Positions 36,501 to 46,332 of a stretch of 64,000 nt of DNA are shown here, one piece after another (position 1 is the stretch's first letter; each line of letters starts with the position of its first letter). The stretch lies in IMG/VR virus record IMGVR_UViG_3300028886_003642. The stretch is one strand, 5' to 3'. The position numbers and the translations under genes were made by a program. Origin of the DNA: a virus. Its lineage: Duplodnaviria > Heunggongvirae > Uroviricota > Caudoviricetes. The notes under the pieces are model-generated. The model worked only from the letters and a program-made list of their open reading frames with translations. It searched no databases and was not told the DNA's origin.

Positions 36501-37439
36501 GCCTCCACCTTCATCTACACCACCAAACATTTGGTCATTGTCGATATATGCAGATATACCAGTAGGATTATCTTTTTTATATGCTATATGATTATCATTA
36601 TCCCAAACACCAGTTTCTGTAGATTGCTCAACTTCAGTATCATATACATTCATCCACAATCTCTTAACACCGATATTTTCATCTGTCCAACAAAGAATAT
36701 GTTGCCAGCCAAGATAATATTTAAATCCTTTTTGAATAGTGGTACGTAATAAATGTTTACCTATTAAGTATGATAATAGCCATAAAATAAAATTAAGTAA
36801 TGCTTGCATTATAAGAGCACGTTTTTTACCTGGTCCACTAAGGTCAATAGTTCCCTCTACAGGTGCTGGCCCAGTGGAAGTAATCGCATTTAAAACAGTT
36901 GTCGAAGGTGGTGTCTTCTGTTTAGGCACATCACCAATTTTACCAGAATTATTATTCATACCAGAAGTTCCGCCTCCAGTAACAGTAGCAGCAGGTAATC
37001 CGCCAATAGTCATAGCCTCTGTTGTTCTTCCTGTTATCTCTACTCCTGTACCAGCAGTAACCTTTATAGTGTCTTTCTCTGATACAGCAAGAATAATTGG
37101 AATTAAACTAAGTATCCAAGGCCAAATATCAAGATTACTATGTGCTCCATACTCTTCTGTATAAATATCTGCTCTAAATGCACCATAATAAGAAATTAAA
37201 GGATTTTTTATCATTACTCTACCTAATGCTACAGGTATTGGTTGACCTATTTGATTTGAATTACTATCTGTATATGGTGAAGCTTGCATAGAAGAAGTAG
37301 AATCACTATCACTATTATTTCTATTAAGTAGCCACAAAAGTAAAGTAGATATTCCCCAACCCAAGAATGAATTGAACCAACCTCCACCTCTACTTGTACT
37401 ACTAGATTTACTTTTAACTGTAGCTGCCATATTAACCAC
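33528..37439 (-). CDS. host-specificity protein J-like tail tip protein with a ~480-aa N-terminal extension (TM helices plus coiled-coil)
   Basis: Central region resembles lambda gpJ: ...LSTVEFTTNRFGHDIGLGDPIIV versus lambda TVDFSVGAEGLRHVPGDVIEI, and W...L.....YG.G.. / ITCxxxL blocks. Immediately downstream of the gpL-like gene (8-nt overlap). N-terminal hydrophobic helices and an EEAERSGDQQ...EADEAHEKTEE coiled coil. Confidence 0.55.
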   Translation of the reverse strand: MVNMAATVKSKSSSTSRGGGWFNSFLGWGISTLLLWLLNRNNSDSDSTSSMQASPYTDSNSNQIGQPIPVALGRVMIKNPLISYYGAFRADIYTEEYGAHSNLDIWPWILSLIPIILAVSEKDTIKVTAGTGVEITGRTTEAMTIGGLPAATVTGGGTSGMNNNSGKIGDVPKQKTPPSTTVLNAITSTGPAPVEGTIDLSGPGKKRALIMQALLNFILWLLSYLIGKHLLRTTIQKGFKYYLGWQHILCWTDENIGVKRLWMNVYDTEVEQSTETGVWDNDNHIAYKKDNPTGISAYIDNDQMFGGVDEGGGFIGEVRFYFGTYEQPKDSWMVNEMKADTIEEDLRGLTPRYPMFLTCVVSDRNKVDGAYIGKQSTMPEMWFEVVNYPTKLYEEFKSDLFGLYSKRIGELVDNILAYISNQDQSVQTYMEDYTKELREAKGEYDAYYKAEQLKIDVMDRARERLEEAERSGDQQVITDAQEEYDKAKQEADEAHEKTEETFQALRDAADAVRDNYPQTNRDEVASLVDPLDTLLDNGVWHLGKLDEDLNPAEAIYAILTNDLWGCNYDRITDIDAQSLLQLGITCEEERLGVSCLITSEAQAGSYIQKILNHINGIMYDNPYTGRLTFKLIRGDYDPSTLPIFNPSNCESMKFTRLDWSETSSATTVSFTHASNKYVDGTVIYQDVANRFITRSYKESSVEGVYYTVPKNAGWLAKISQLASGYPLSTVEFTTNRFGHDIGLGDPIIVHWLSYGIDNQIYRVTDIDYATLTANAIKVTAIEDIYGFENTRYAYAEVPEWTNPKKYASSIQYYMYMEMPYEWTKSLDTYVNAYAARPTNDDDYYVNYRYTGTEYARRTRTNDWSMVAQLVYGTKEIYDEDNTGFEIEVIGAQARDLFDDKCQKILDYPSVYTNKSNRNMMVIDGEILTYDTMIKLPNGHYTLTNVIHGVYDTIPRDHPAYSKVYFLDYELQVDDKRVATEGNFADEQYELRSGTVDEEEQFNIDDIVTFYTKRRSECPSPMANLKFAAERGDKTVYNYNYPAGTIFGHDINFTYNLRNKFNQSDNINVHNNENDAEPEDTTQYYIKCTCNEKEFEFKYDAVVEVTDDDGNVTKEFPTDITLFWNEFCVQMGNRLQRVSDVQLEIGSYNKQKDLYSFDHYDKHLIYHVPRVVGIIYPQDGDDVDQMAKTYADSIVTATHIEIPESTYVEFSTMTFEDAPLILVADSTTTDLSGITGQDGVRYIPSTKAYRVDGANGDNDAVIHEIELKEEYVLQNDFTRAEGVNRRYYRYRNSNWYETQLYGET

Positions 37440-38328
37440 CTAATCCAATATCACCAGTATCACCGTTAGTATCTTCATATCTAAGATTATCTTTTACCCA
37501 ATATGTACCTTTACAAGTAGGATGTGTAAATGCATTATAAGGCATAATATAAGGTACACCACTAAAATTATCAGAATTACCAAACTTCCTTGCACATACT
37601 GAAAATAAATTCTGACATCCAGGATATACCTTAAAGCTACCTTGCCAATCTGATGACCTTATTGGATATTTTATTTGAATCCAATCTGCTTGTGCATTTA
37701 CTATTGCTCTATAACTATTACCCATTTTTAAAAACCCATCTATTGGCCAACCCTCTTCATGTTCTCTAAGATTTGTTGAATAAAGCCTCATACCATTAAC
37801 ATGCTTATCTAAATAGCATTGTAATGCATAATTTTCTGGCTCAAGTGTACATTTGTTATCATAAATACAATTTTGACAATAATAAGAAAGCTTACCTCTT
37901 GGAATCAATCTATTTAAAACATTTTCTATTGTAATAGTTAATTCTGCATAACTACCATCAAAAGATACTTGTGTAACTACACCCCTTAAAATTAAAGCAT
38001 AATCACTATTATTTAATCCATGCACCCTGTATACTCTTACTCTTACAATATCTTCTTCTGGTGGTGCTCCTTGAAATAATAATGCTATATTATTTGTTCT
38101 ACTAACTGTTATTGTTGTAGTTTCAGTATTACCGCTGGAATTACCAGTTTTTAATGAATCACCACGTTTTATATACTCAGGATTAAATACATACCACTGA
38201 TTATTAAGGAAAGCTGATTTAGCATAGCCACTTGATGTATATGTAAAATCTACATTAGCATAAGTAAATATATATAATTCTACTGGTTGTGCGTCTTGAA
38301 TCGAAGTTTCATCATCATAAAAACTCAT
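37432..38328 (-). CDS. minor tail protein L-like (gpL family, 4-Cys cluster)
   Basis: C-terminal ...YYCQNCIYDNKCTLE...QCYL...GCQNLFSVCARKFGNSDNFSGVPY parallels the lambda gpL Cys cluster and its FRNNVGNFGGF segment. Confidence 0.45.
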   Translation of the reverse strand: MSFYDDETSIQDAQPVELYIFTYANVDFTYTSSGYAKSAFLNNQWYVFNPEYIKRGDSLKTGNSSGNTETTTITVSRTNNIALLFQGAPPEEDIVRVRVYRVHGLNNSDYALILRGVVTQVSFDGSYAELTITIENVLNRLIPRGKLSYYCQNCIYDNKCTLEPENYALQCYLDKHVNGMRLYSTNLREHEEGWPIDGFLKMGNSYRAIVNAQADWIQIKYPIRSSDWQGSFKVYPGCQNLFSVCARKFGNSDNFSGVPYIMPYNAFTHPTCKGTYWVKDNLRYEDTNGDTGDIGLGG

Positions 38329-39566
38329 ACTAAATCATCCACCTCCTTCATTGATAATGATGTAGTTGCTGCTGTATTTGACTCAAAATCTAACTTTAAA
38401 TTATCTGAATCTAATCTAACTAAATTAAAATAAGAAACCATTAATACCTCATCTACAGGTATTGCTCTTGGAACATTACTAGTTAAAATCAATTTACCAT
38501 AAGTTTTATTCCCTATTACTTCTGTAGTATAAGACATTATTTCTAAAATATATGACTCCCATTTTTTTGTAAATATTATTATTGCTTTTTTACGCCCATT
38601 ATTTGCATAAAATTTAAATAATAAATGAAATCTTGTATAAATGTAATTACTATTTGGTCTTATATCTAAATCTACTTGAAAATCATTTGCCCAAGTTGGA
38701 CAATAAAATGATTTATACCTTCCCTGCACCCTATGAAAAAAGTGTATCATATTAGTTATTCTTTTTATACCAAACAAAAAAAATGTCATGTTATGAGTAT
38801 CATAAGAATATGTATTTATTGTATCATAAACAAATGTTCCTGTAGTATTATCCATTAGCTCTACTTTCTTTTCTAATAACAAATTATTAGAATCATCCCC
38901 TACCCATTGAGGAGTAAAAAGTAACACTTCTTTTCCATTATAAAATTTTGGTAAGTGAAATCTGTTGAACTGTTCAATATCTTCCCAATCATCATAGCGA
39001 TATTTATTAGGTATATGTAATTTACTTTCATGAAGTATAAGCTCAAAATTAAGACATTCTTCATCACCATTTGAATACAAGTATTGAATAGCATCAGTAG
39101 TTTTAGTAGTTACTTGTTTTAATGGAAATATCCAAGTGTTTTTCATATTTAATGGTCTAGCTATTTTCTTCTTTAATGTTATTATACCATCTGTATAGGA
39201 ATGAACCTGCCTAACAATATTTACACCAGATTGTGTAAAATCATCCTTAACAAATATTTCAATCCACTCACATTCATCAAAATTATAGTAATAATCATTA
39301 TCTATATATAAAGCCTTACCATTAGCTATGAAATCCTCACGTAAATAACTTCCTTTATTCCATATAGGAATATACCAAACATCTGATTGTCTTATTCTTG
39401 ACATCCCTCTAAGCCACTGTGCTTGATATTGATCCATAGCTGAATAATCATAACTAAAGTATTGTCTTGGTTGTTGTCTTATTTTTATGCGTTGTTCATG
39501 CCCATCATAAGAAGTCAATACATCAGTCAAGTATTCTATATTTTCTGATATCTTTGTTTGTGCCAA
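38325..39566 (-). CDS. hypothetical tail protein (413 aa), first gene of the L/J/fibre operon
   Basis: ORF that follows the promoter at 39610-39642 and is coupled to the gpL-like gene (ATGA overlap). Confidence 0.45.
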   Translation of the reverse strand: MAQTKISENIEYLTDVLTSYDGHEQRIKIRQQPRQYFSYDYSAMDQYQAQWLRGMSRIRQSDVWYIPIWNKGSYLREDFIANGKALYIDNDYYYNFDECEWIEIFVKDDFTQSGVNIVRQVHSYTDGIITLKKKIARPLNMKNTWIFPLKQVTTKTTDAIQYLYSNGDEECLNFELILHESKLHIPNKYRYDDWEDIEQFNRFHLPKFYNGKEVLLFTPQWVGDDSNNLLLEKKVELMDNTTGTFVYDTINTYSYDTHNMTFFLFGIKRITNMIHFFHRVQGRYKSFYCPTWANDFQVDLDIRPNSNYIYTRFHLLFKFYANNGRKKAIIIFTKKWESYILEIMSYTTEVIGNKTYGKLILTSNVPRAIPVDEVLMVSYFNLVRLDSDNLKLDFESNTAATTSLSMKEVDDLV

Positions 39567-39609
39567 CTATTTCACCTACCTTTAATATATAATAAAGCCC
39601 CTATTTTCT

Positions 39610-39642
39610 ATATTATAGCATAATAGAGGCTTTTTGTCAAGT
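39610..39642 (-). promoter_or_regulatory. sigma70-type promoter (-35 TTGACA at 39635-39640, 17 bp, -10 TGCTATAAT), flanked by inverted repeat AAAGCCCCTATT / AATAGAGGCTTT
   Basis: Minus-strand reading gaacTTGACAaaaagcctctattaTGCTATAATatag. Confidence 0.55.
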
Positions 39643-39757
39643 TCTTTGTATTTAAATACCAAACTAATAACTCCAGTTCGGCGAAAGCATTTTTTTACTT
39701 TATATTTCTATAAAGATTAGACTATATCTTATCCATGCCTTATATTAAGGTTTAGGT

Positions 39758-40915
39758 TTATTCATATCCTGTTTTATTAACAGTACTTCCATTTATGGAA
39801 TAGTCGTTGACCCATTTTATTGGGTGCTGATTTTCTATTAACATCTGATAAATTTTTATAACTACTTCTAGTTTTATCAGCTTTAAGAAGTTCCAGCAAT
39901 TAAAATAATTATTCATGTACAAATTTCTTTGTAATGCAACCATCTCTAAATAATCGAAGACATCTATCTCGTAATCATCATCATCTACTTCTTCACGATG
40001 TAAGAATAAGAACTTAAACACACCCCAGATCAACCAAGGTTCATAGACTGGTCTGTTATTATGAGTTTCACCCAATCTAATAGTTATATTTAGTCTTGGA
40101 TACATACAATTACTAAGCATAAAATATAATAATGAATATTGTAATGCTATTGCTTTATATGTTCTAGGTAAATGTGTTACGTTAAAAGGCTTAAACGAAT
40201 CATCATATACCTTATTAGTAGTAACCATATATTTATCATTAGCTGTATATTCTGCTATACCTTTTGGCATTGCAGACCTTGGAACATCTTCTTCATATAC
40301 TACTCTCCTAATAGGTATTCTAATATCTACAATATATGTTTCTACAGATGCTATACGTTTTTGCATATCTGTGCTATTCTTATATGCTACCCTATTATCT
40401 GAACCGTACAACTTATCCCCCTTACTAATAATAGGATTCCATATATATGATTCACCATAAAGCTTTTTCTTTAATTTTGCTATGGGGAAGAATCTATTTA
40501 TAAGTGAAACATCAAAATGTATCTCAAATTGATGACTCATTTGTATAGTAAAATCTATATGTAAATCACCAATAGTTTCTATATTATCTCTATGTATATA
40601 AGTATTACCATTCTCATCATATACATCAAATGTTGCTGCTGGATAGTCATAAATATATAACCACCCTTCTTGCCTTGTTAATACTTCTTCTGAATCATCT
40701 ATCTCACCAAAAGGTATTTTTAAAAAGTTCCATCCTTTCATAGTAATAGTATCCCCATACCACGGAGATTTCATAGTTCCTAAATCTGGTTCTGGGTCTA
40801 TTACAAATATACCTTGAAAGTATGGTTTTGCAAAATATTTGTCACTTGTAGTCATCCTCTGTAAAAAATATTTTGGCCCGACAATACTTGCCTTACCTAA
40901 TATATTTTCTGGCAT
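39758..40915 (-). CDS. uncharacterized large tail-module protein (385 aa)
   Basis: Member of the 10-gene block between the tape measure and L/J. No recognisable motif. Confidence 0.5.
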   Translation of the reverse strand: MPENILGKASIVGPKYFLQRMTTSDKYFAKPYFQGIFVIDPEPDLGTMKSPWYGDTITMKGWNFLKIPFGEIDDSEEVLTRQEGWLYIYDYPAATFDVYDENGNTYIHRDNIETIGDLHIDFTIQMSHQFEIHFDVSLINRFFPIAKLKKKLYGESYIWNPIISKGDKLYGSDNRVAYKNSTDMQKRIASVETYIVDIRIPIRRVVYEEDVPRSAMPKGIAEYTANDKYMVTTNKVYDDSFKPFNVTHLPRTYKAIALQYSLLYFMLSNCMYPRLNITIRLGETHNNRPVYEPWLIWGVFKFLFLHREEVDDDDYEIDVFDYLEMVALQRNLYMNNYFNCWNFLKLIKLEVVIKIYQMLIENQHPIKWVNDYSINGSTVNKTGYE

Positions 40916-40925
40916 AGGCTATCAC

Positions 40926-42194
40926 CTACCCGTCAATACCTTTTCTTGTTGTAGTAATATCTCCTATAGTACTATCACTATCATCTTCATTTTGTCTAAT
41001 GCTTATACCATCAAACCCAAATCTTCCTCTACGCATTGACATAGAAAATACCTGACACAAATCATTAGATTTTGGATAGCTCATCTCATAACAGAAACTT
41101 GTCTGCATATTTAACATACATACAAAATATACACCGCTTACTTGACCAGCACCTGCATAATTATTTAATGCATCTGGGTCTACTTGCACAGCCATAAACA
41201 TAGGCATATTTAACGTAATACAATTTAATGTATTTATGTTTCTGCCCCAGTCTAACTTACCTTGAGATTGAATATAGCCATAATGAGGTATCTTACCATT
41301 ACCAGAAGAACCACCATAAGGATCTCTAACTGGCATTGATAATCTTTTTCCAGTTACGTTATCTGTACCACTAGATGCCCATCTAATATATCCTCTGCTT
41401 TCTTTTGGAGCATCGTCTATATCCATTCTTAAAAATGTATTTGATATTCTACCACTACTAAGAACAGGAAGTATATTTGCATCCTTAATTTCATGGAAAG
41501 GGTCATCTGCGTCAGAATTAGCGAATAACTCATAAGCTTGCTTAATAGTACTAGGAACGGCAGAACCACTCATAAAAATTCCTCCTTCCCAATCATCATA
41601 CTTATTAAGCATACCAACTATTAAATGTACTGCTCTATAATCCCAACCATTTGCCTGATCTCCACCAACATTTTCAGCTACTAAACTAAATACTAAAGTA
41701 TCTGTTGGAAGTGTAGTATTATTACAATATAGTGTATATGCATTTTCATTTGTATCTGGATTTTCCTGTTCGGTATATTCATAATTCTCATTTCTATTTA
41801 CTACAGGCATACATACAAATTGTACTTGATTTCCCCTATAATTTAATGGTACTAAATACTGATTATACCATCTTTGCGTTTGAGAATACCCTTCTGATAT
41901 AGTCATTGCTACACCTTGATAGCCTATATCAGTATCTGGTGTTGCTATATCCATTGCAGCGTCATCAGTAGTACCAAATGGACTTACATATTCAAATGAT
42001 CTTAAATGAATAAAATACGTATTTGTTTTATCCATAAATACAAACTTTTTACCATCTACAGAAGACCTATCGTATACATTTACATCATCTTTTAATGCGT
42101 CTACTACTGTAAATCCTCTACTTGTTATATACTCAGCCATTTTTTCAATGACTTGATTGGCTGTTTTTAAATTATTATATGCTACATATGCCAT
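40926..42194 (-). CDS. uncharacterized tail-module protein (422 aa), N-terminal region paralogous to 52948..53859
   Basis: Shared N-terminal pattern (A..I..L...G.TV...(x)n..G..F.....T.YI.L.S.E) with the 303-aa protein. Confidence 0.5.
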   Translation of the reverse strand: MAYVAYNNLKTANQVIEKMAEYITSRGFTVVDALKDDVNVYDRSSVDGKKFVFMDKTNTYFIHLRSFEYVSPFGTTDDAAMDIATPDTDIGYQGVAMTISEGYSQTQRWYNQYLVPLNYRGNQVQFVCMPVVNRNENYEYTEQENPDTNENAYTLYCNNTTLPTDTLVFSLVAENVGGDQANGWDYRAVHLIVGMLNKYDDWEGGIFMSGSAVPSTIKQAYELFANSDADDPFHEIKDANILPVLSSGRISNTFLRMDIDDAPKESRGYIRWASSGTDNVTGKRLSMPVRDPYGGSSGNGKIPHYGYIQSQGKLDWGRNINTLNCITLNMPMFMAVQVDPDALNNYAGAGQVSGVYFVCMLNMQTSFCYEMSYPKSNDLCQVFSMSMRRGRFGFDGISIRQNEDDSDSTIGDITTTRKGIDG

Positions 42195-43886
42195 TTATAT
42201 TATCAACTCCTTATAGTCATCTACTAAAAATAATAGCCCAGTATATCTATTTGAAATACCTATAAATTTTTTACCTAAGTAATTGTACTCGTGCATCCTA
42301 TTATCATCATCATACAGTCTTTGACATGAATATACAAAGTTTAATTTACAATATATAGAATATGTGTTAGTGTCTAATGGCTCTCTCTTAATGTATATAT
42401 GTATAGGGTACATTATAAAATGATTGTTAAGTACATTATTTGTTTGAAAAGGAAATAGCTTAGTAAATACTTTTGGATCTCCTTGTCTTGCCATAGAGAG
42501 AAGTAAAGAATAATTATGTTCATATTCCCCTATATTATCACCATTTGTTAAAGTTGGAAAATGAGGTATACTATAATTATCAAGTTCCCAGTCATCATAA
42601 TTTACACCATCTCCTTCTGCCCCACTAGAATTAAAAGAAGTAATTATAGTAGGAACAAGGATATTTGAAGTCCACCCTAAACCGCCAACCCACCTATCTG
42701 GATCATCTTCTGCTAACTTACCCTTAAACATATAGCTCTGTGCTCGTTTTTCTACATTATTAAAATGCTTAAAATTTCTATATGACCCAAAATTAGGTTT
42801 ATAAGAACTATGCCATAAATTACACACTCTGTCTTTAATATTACTATCTGCATATGCACCAAAAATAACTAAAGGTACTCTCTCTGGTACAAAACTATAT
42901 GGATCTCCTATACGAACTGTATGCCCATAAGAACATAAATATGGGGTTCTATCCCTTTCTTTGTCTCTATCATTCACCTCTAAATGTTCATCCCCTTCTG
43001 GATGACCATTAGCCATCATACTAAGAAAAGCTACCCCATCTGATTTACAAATCAATGCCTCCTCTGGACTCATTAAATCACATCCACCAACCAGCTGAGT
43101 ATCTTTAACTGAAATAAATGAATTTAAACATGTAGTATTTGCTACATAATTTTGATTTTTTAAAAAATAAAAACAAATAGTCTTATTATACAAGCTCATA
43201 GCAAAACTAAAACTATCAACATTGCTACTAATTATATCATCAGCCACTATATCCCACATATGATAAAATGGGTCTAATATTAGTATAGGACTTGATTTTA
43301 TTGTAGCATCTTCATACAAAAGACCATCATATATACTATCAACACCTATACCACTACGCATTGGATGTCTTTGAGTGTATCTAAATTTTGCTCTCTTTGA
43401 AATCTTATTATTAGCATCCAAATTAAATATGCTTAGATCAAAAGCTACACAGATACTTTGCCTCGAACTAAATCCATCATCCGGTCTTAACCCTTTTGTG
43501 TAATCAGACCATGTAATAGCACCAGATTTAGAAACAAATATTAAAATAGGGCATGGCATCCACGAATAAAATATGCAATAAACAGGATAATTTATATCAG
43601 CAAAATGAGATATTTTAAACTCAGAAAAGTCATCTAGATTAAATGCAGAATTAGTACTATTATCAACAACATTAGAATAAAAAATTAGAGGGGTCGTATC
43701 TTTTATATAATCTGGCATATCATTTACCCAAGGAACTGGTGTATTTATATCTTCAGTAGCAGTAAAATCTGTATTTGGAGCTATATTACAAATAAATGTC
43801 TTTATATTTTCCATTGTTATTCTTAATACTTCTGACAACGGACAATTTTTAGGATAATTATTAAATACTTTATACATACTAACCAA
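42195..43886 (-). CDS. uncharacterized tail-module protein (563 aa)
   Basis: ORF that overlaps the upstream gene by 8 nt. Confidence 0.5.
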   Translation of the reverse strand: MVSMYKVFNNYPKNCPLSEVLRITMENIKTFICNIAPNTDFTATEDINTPVPWVNDMPDYIKDTTPLIFYSNVVDNSTNSAFNLDDFSEFKISHFADINYPVYCIFYSWMPCPILIFVSKSGAITWSDYTKGLRPDDGFSSRQSICVAFDLSIFNLDANNKISKRAKFRYTQRHPMRSGIGVDSIYDGLLYEDATIKSSPILILDPFYHMWDIVADDIISSNVDSFSFAMSLYNKTICFYFLKNQNYVANTTCLNSFISVKDTQLVGGCDLMSPEEALICKSDGVAFLSMMANGHPEGDEHLEVNDRDKERDRTPYLCSYGHTVRIGDPYSFVPERVPLVIFGAYADSNIKDRVCNLWHSSYKPNFGSYRNFKHFNNVEKRAQSYMFKGKLAEDDPDRWVGGLGWTSNILVPTIITSFNSSGAEGDGVNYDDWELDNYSIPHFPTLTNGDNIGEYEHNYSLLLSMARQGDPKVFTKLFPFQTNNVLNNHFIMYPIHIYIKREPLDTNTYSIYCKLNFVYSCQRLYDDDNRMHEYNYLGKKFIGISNRYTGLLFLVDDYKELII

Positions 43887-46332
43887 TCCTTATTGCTAAT
43901 TTTTCCATTACATATGGAAATGGATTATGACCTCGTAATGCAGTACTATCATATAAATCAACAACATCACAAGATTCCCACGGTTCATTCAATACCTTAA
44001 ACCTATGTCCAAAAGAAGAATCATAAGCATCATAAACATATAATCTTCCATCCCAACCACACGGAACAATCAAATATTTACTACCATCTTGAGCAACATA
44101 TTCTCCAGATTCTATATATTTATCAAACGTACAAAAAACACATGGTATTGTAGCACACTGACAACTTTCAAAATGATCCTTAGATTTATCGAAGAACACA
44201 GACACTGGTATAAACTGTGTATTACAAATATAACTAGTACCCATGATATGATTAACTCCAGTAATATTATTATACCCATGTGTATTAATAAATATAGTAC
44301 TATTTATTTCCCTAGCGTTATTACTTGTAGGAAATAACATATGATCATTATTATTATATCTATACACATTATTAAGTATAGACGCATAGTCTGGAGGAGG
44401 GCCTGCCGTAGGCCAAGAAACAACTGTAGCATCCTGTATTATACTATATATATTTTTCCATATACCCTCTATAGACAACACTCTAAAATTACTCGTATTT
44501 GCACCGTTAAATTTACACGGAGTCAATAATGTTGCGGGATGTCCCCAACTAACATTATGAAAATCTAAATCATAACTATTACCATGCACATAAGTTTTTG
44601 TTCCTCCTCCTGCTGGAGTATACACATACACATCATTACTTATTCCTAAAGACCCTCCAGCACAATATAAACTATAAGAATAATTTTCTGTTTGTTTATA
44701 CGGAAATCTTCCAAAAGATATTGATTGCCAGTTATCTAGTTGCTGATGATTTCCATCTACCTTAATCGTAATGCTACAATTTTTATCGTCTGACATGGTA
44801 ATCCAACAATCATACAGCATGTGATTAACACCATCAGTATCCTCATAAAAAGAATAATCATTTATGTTATTATCACTTATAACAAACCACGGAGCACCAG
44901 TTCCTGGATAAACTGTTGAATGATAAGGCTCATTTTCTGACCCCGATGATAAGTATCTACGACAAGGCAAAGTATTTATTAAATTTCTACCAGCATAATT
45001 TTCACCACAAGTATCTGTCTGACATAAAAATTCGTAATTAGTATTTGCTTGAAATTGCTCATTTGCCCATAACGTATCAGAATATCCTGTATGAACAATG
45101 ACAACAAATCTTTGGCCAGTATTCATAAATAAATTTGGAGATTGTAACCCAGAACCATATTTATTAACATGATACTGTTCTATATATGGAAGTACACTCC
45201 ATTCTATAACATTTTCACGTTTCTGTGTAGATAACTTATTAAACTCACTAGTGTACCAATCATTATTGTGGTCTAAATGACCAAGACTAAAACCTTTCAT
45301 AAAATCATTATAAGAAGTATTAGTTATCTTATCGCAAATTAATGACACATAATACTTATCTCTATGTACAGGTAGATGCCACTTTTCAATAGCTTTGTCG
45401 CTTATATAATTATATATAAAGTCATAAAATACATCAAAAGTTTCTAGTGCAAAGTAATCACCATCTCTTGCCTCAGTTACCCATCTATCTATATCAATTA
45501 TATAATCATCTGGAACTTTATTATCTATGAAATTTCTATAATCTAAATAAAATGAGCTTTCTTTGTAACTTGGGTCAGTAACAATTACAAGCCTAATACC
45601 CCAAACTCTACATATATTCATTATATCAATAACAGTACTTATTGCGTCATTAAAGTTATCTAAATCAGATATTTCCTTCTCTATGCCTCCTATAAGTATA
45701 TGTGTTGGTAACTGTGATCTATATATATTCACATCTACACTATCATAATCTACACCACCAACAATATTACTAAGTATATTAAATACCTGAGATATATTTG
45801 ATGAAGAAAGTGTGTAATCAAATGTAGGTGTAGTAAAATCACCAAATTTAGTTATAGTCGCATTAGGATAAGATACTGAAACTATATTCTCTAAACTATC
45901 AAATCTTATGCCATCAACTTCGTGATGCCAAGAATTTGCAATATCATCTCCCCACCCCATATCAGCATATGATTCTGGTTCATCTTTAGGACTAACTACA
46001 TAATCAACAAAAATACGAGAATAGTCTGACATTATATGTAAGTTACCACAAATAACAAATCTATATGCTTCAGAATGAACTTCATAGTCACTTAACGGAC
46101 ATTCATATGTAGAACCATAAAAAGTATTTAATCTATTGTCTAATCTTCTCCAACACCTACCATCAGTGTTTCTTGCAACATTTAATACAAAACCACCGTC
46201 TTCAAATATAGAAATCCCACTCTCCCACGCACTAGAATAAGGAAATGCATTAGGCACATAGCATGTTGCATAATAGAAAGCAGAATCAATAGCATCAAAA
46301 TTATCATATGCTGAAAATCTTAAATTATACAA
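43879..46332 (-). CDS. uncharacterized tail-module protein (817 aa), paralog of 51154..52941
   Basis: KYGSGLQSPNLFMNTGQRFVVIVHTGYSDTLW ~ KYGSNPPNIFKNTGELVSVGVHTSYDPFLW. PGTGAPWFVISDNNINDY ~ PTTGCPWFTISSKNIADY. YCAGGSLGISND ~ YCAGGNQALSPD. NTSNFRVLSIEGIWKNIYS ~ NLSNFRIMNGEGTWEDIYS. Confidence 0.55.
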   Translation of the reverse strand: MYNLRFSAYDNFDAIDSAFYYATCYVPNAFPYSSAWESGISIFEDGGFVLNVARNTDGRCWRRLDNRLNTFYGSTYECPLSDYEVHSEAYRFVICGNLHIMSDYSRIFVDYVVSPKDEPESYADMGWGDDIANSWHHEVDGIRFDSLENIVSVSYPNATITKFGDFTTPTFDYTLSSSNISQVFNILSNIVGGVDYDSVDVNIYRSQLPTHILIGGIEKEISDLDNFNDAISTVIDIMNICRVWGIRLVIVTDPSYKESSFYLDYRNFIDNKVPDDYIIDIDRWVTEARDGDYFALETFDVFYDFIYNYISDKAIEKWHLPVHRDKYYVSLICDKITNTSYNDFMKGFSLGHLDHNNDWYTSEFNKLSTQKRENVIEWSVLPYIEQYHVNKYGSGLQSPNLFMNTGQRFVVIVHTGYSDTLWANEQFQANTNYEFLCQTDTCGENYAGRNLINTLPCRRYLSSGSENEPYHSTVYPGTGAPWFVISDNNINDYSFYEDTDGVNHMLYDCWITMSDDKNCSITIKVDGNHQQLDNWQSISFGRFPYKQTENYSYSLYCAGGSLGISNDVYVYTPAGGGTKTYVHGNSYDLDFHNVSWGHPATLLTPCKFNGANTSNFRVLSIEGIWKNIYSIIQDATVVSWPTAGPPPDYASILNNVYRYNNNDHMLFPTSNNAREINSTIFINTHGYNNITGVNHIMGTSYICNTQFIPVSVFFDKSKDHFESCQCATIPCVFCTFDKYIESGEYVAQDGSKYLIVPCGWDGRLYVYDAYDSSFGHRFKVLNEPWESCDVVDLYDSTALRGHNPFPYVMEKLAIRIG

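Noticed and set aside
39640-39757. Expected terminator between gene 39758..40915 and the promoter at 39610-39642
   Set aside because: Only a weak imperfect inverted repeat (AAAGCCCCTATT/AATAGAGGCTTT) without a clean U-tract is present, so no separate terminator feature is reported there.
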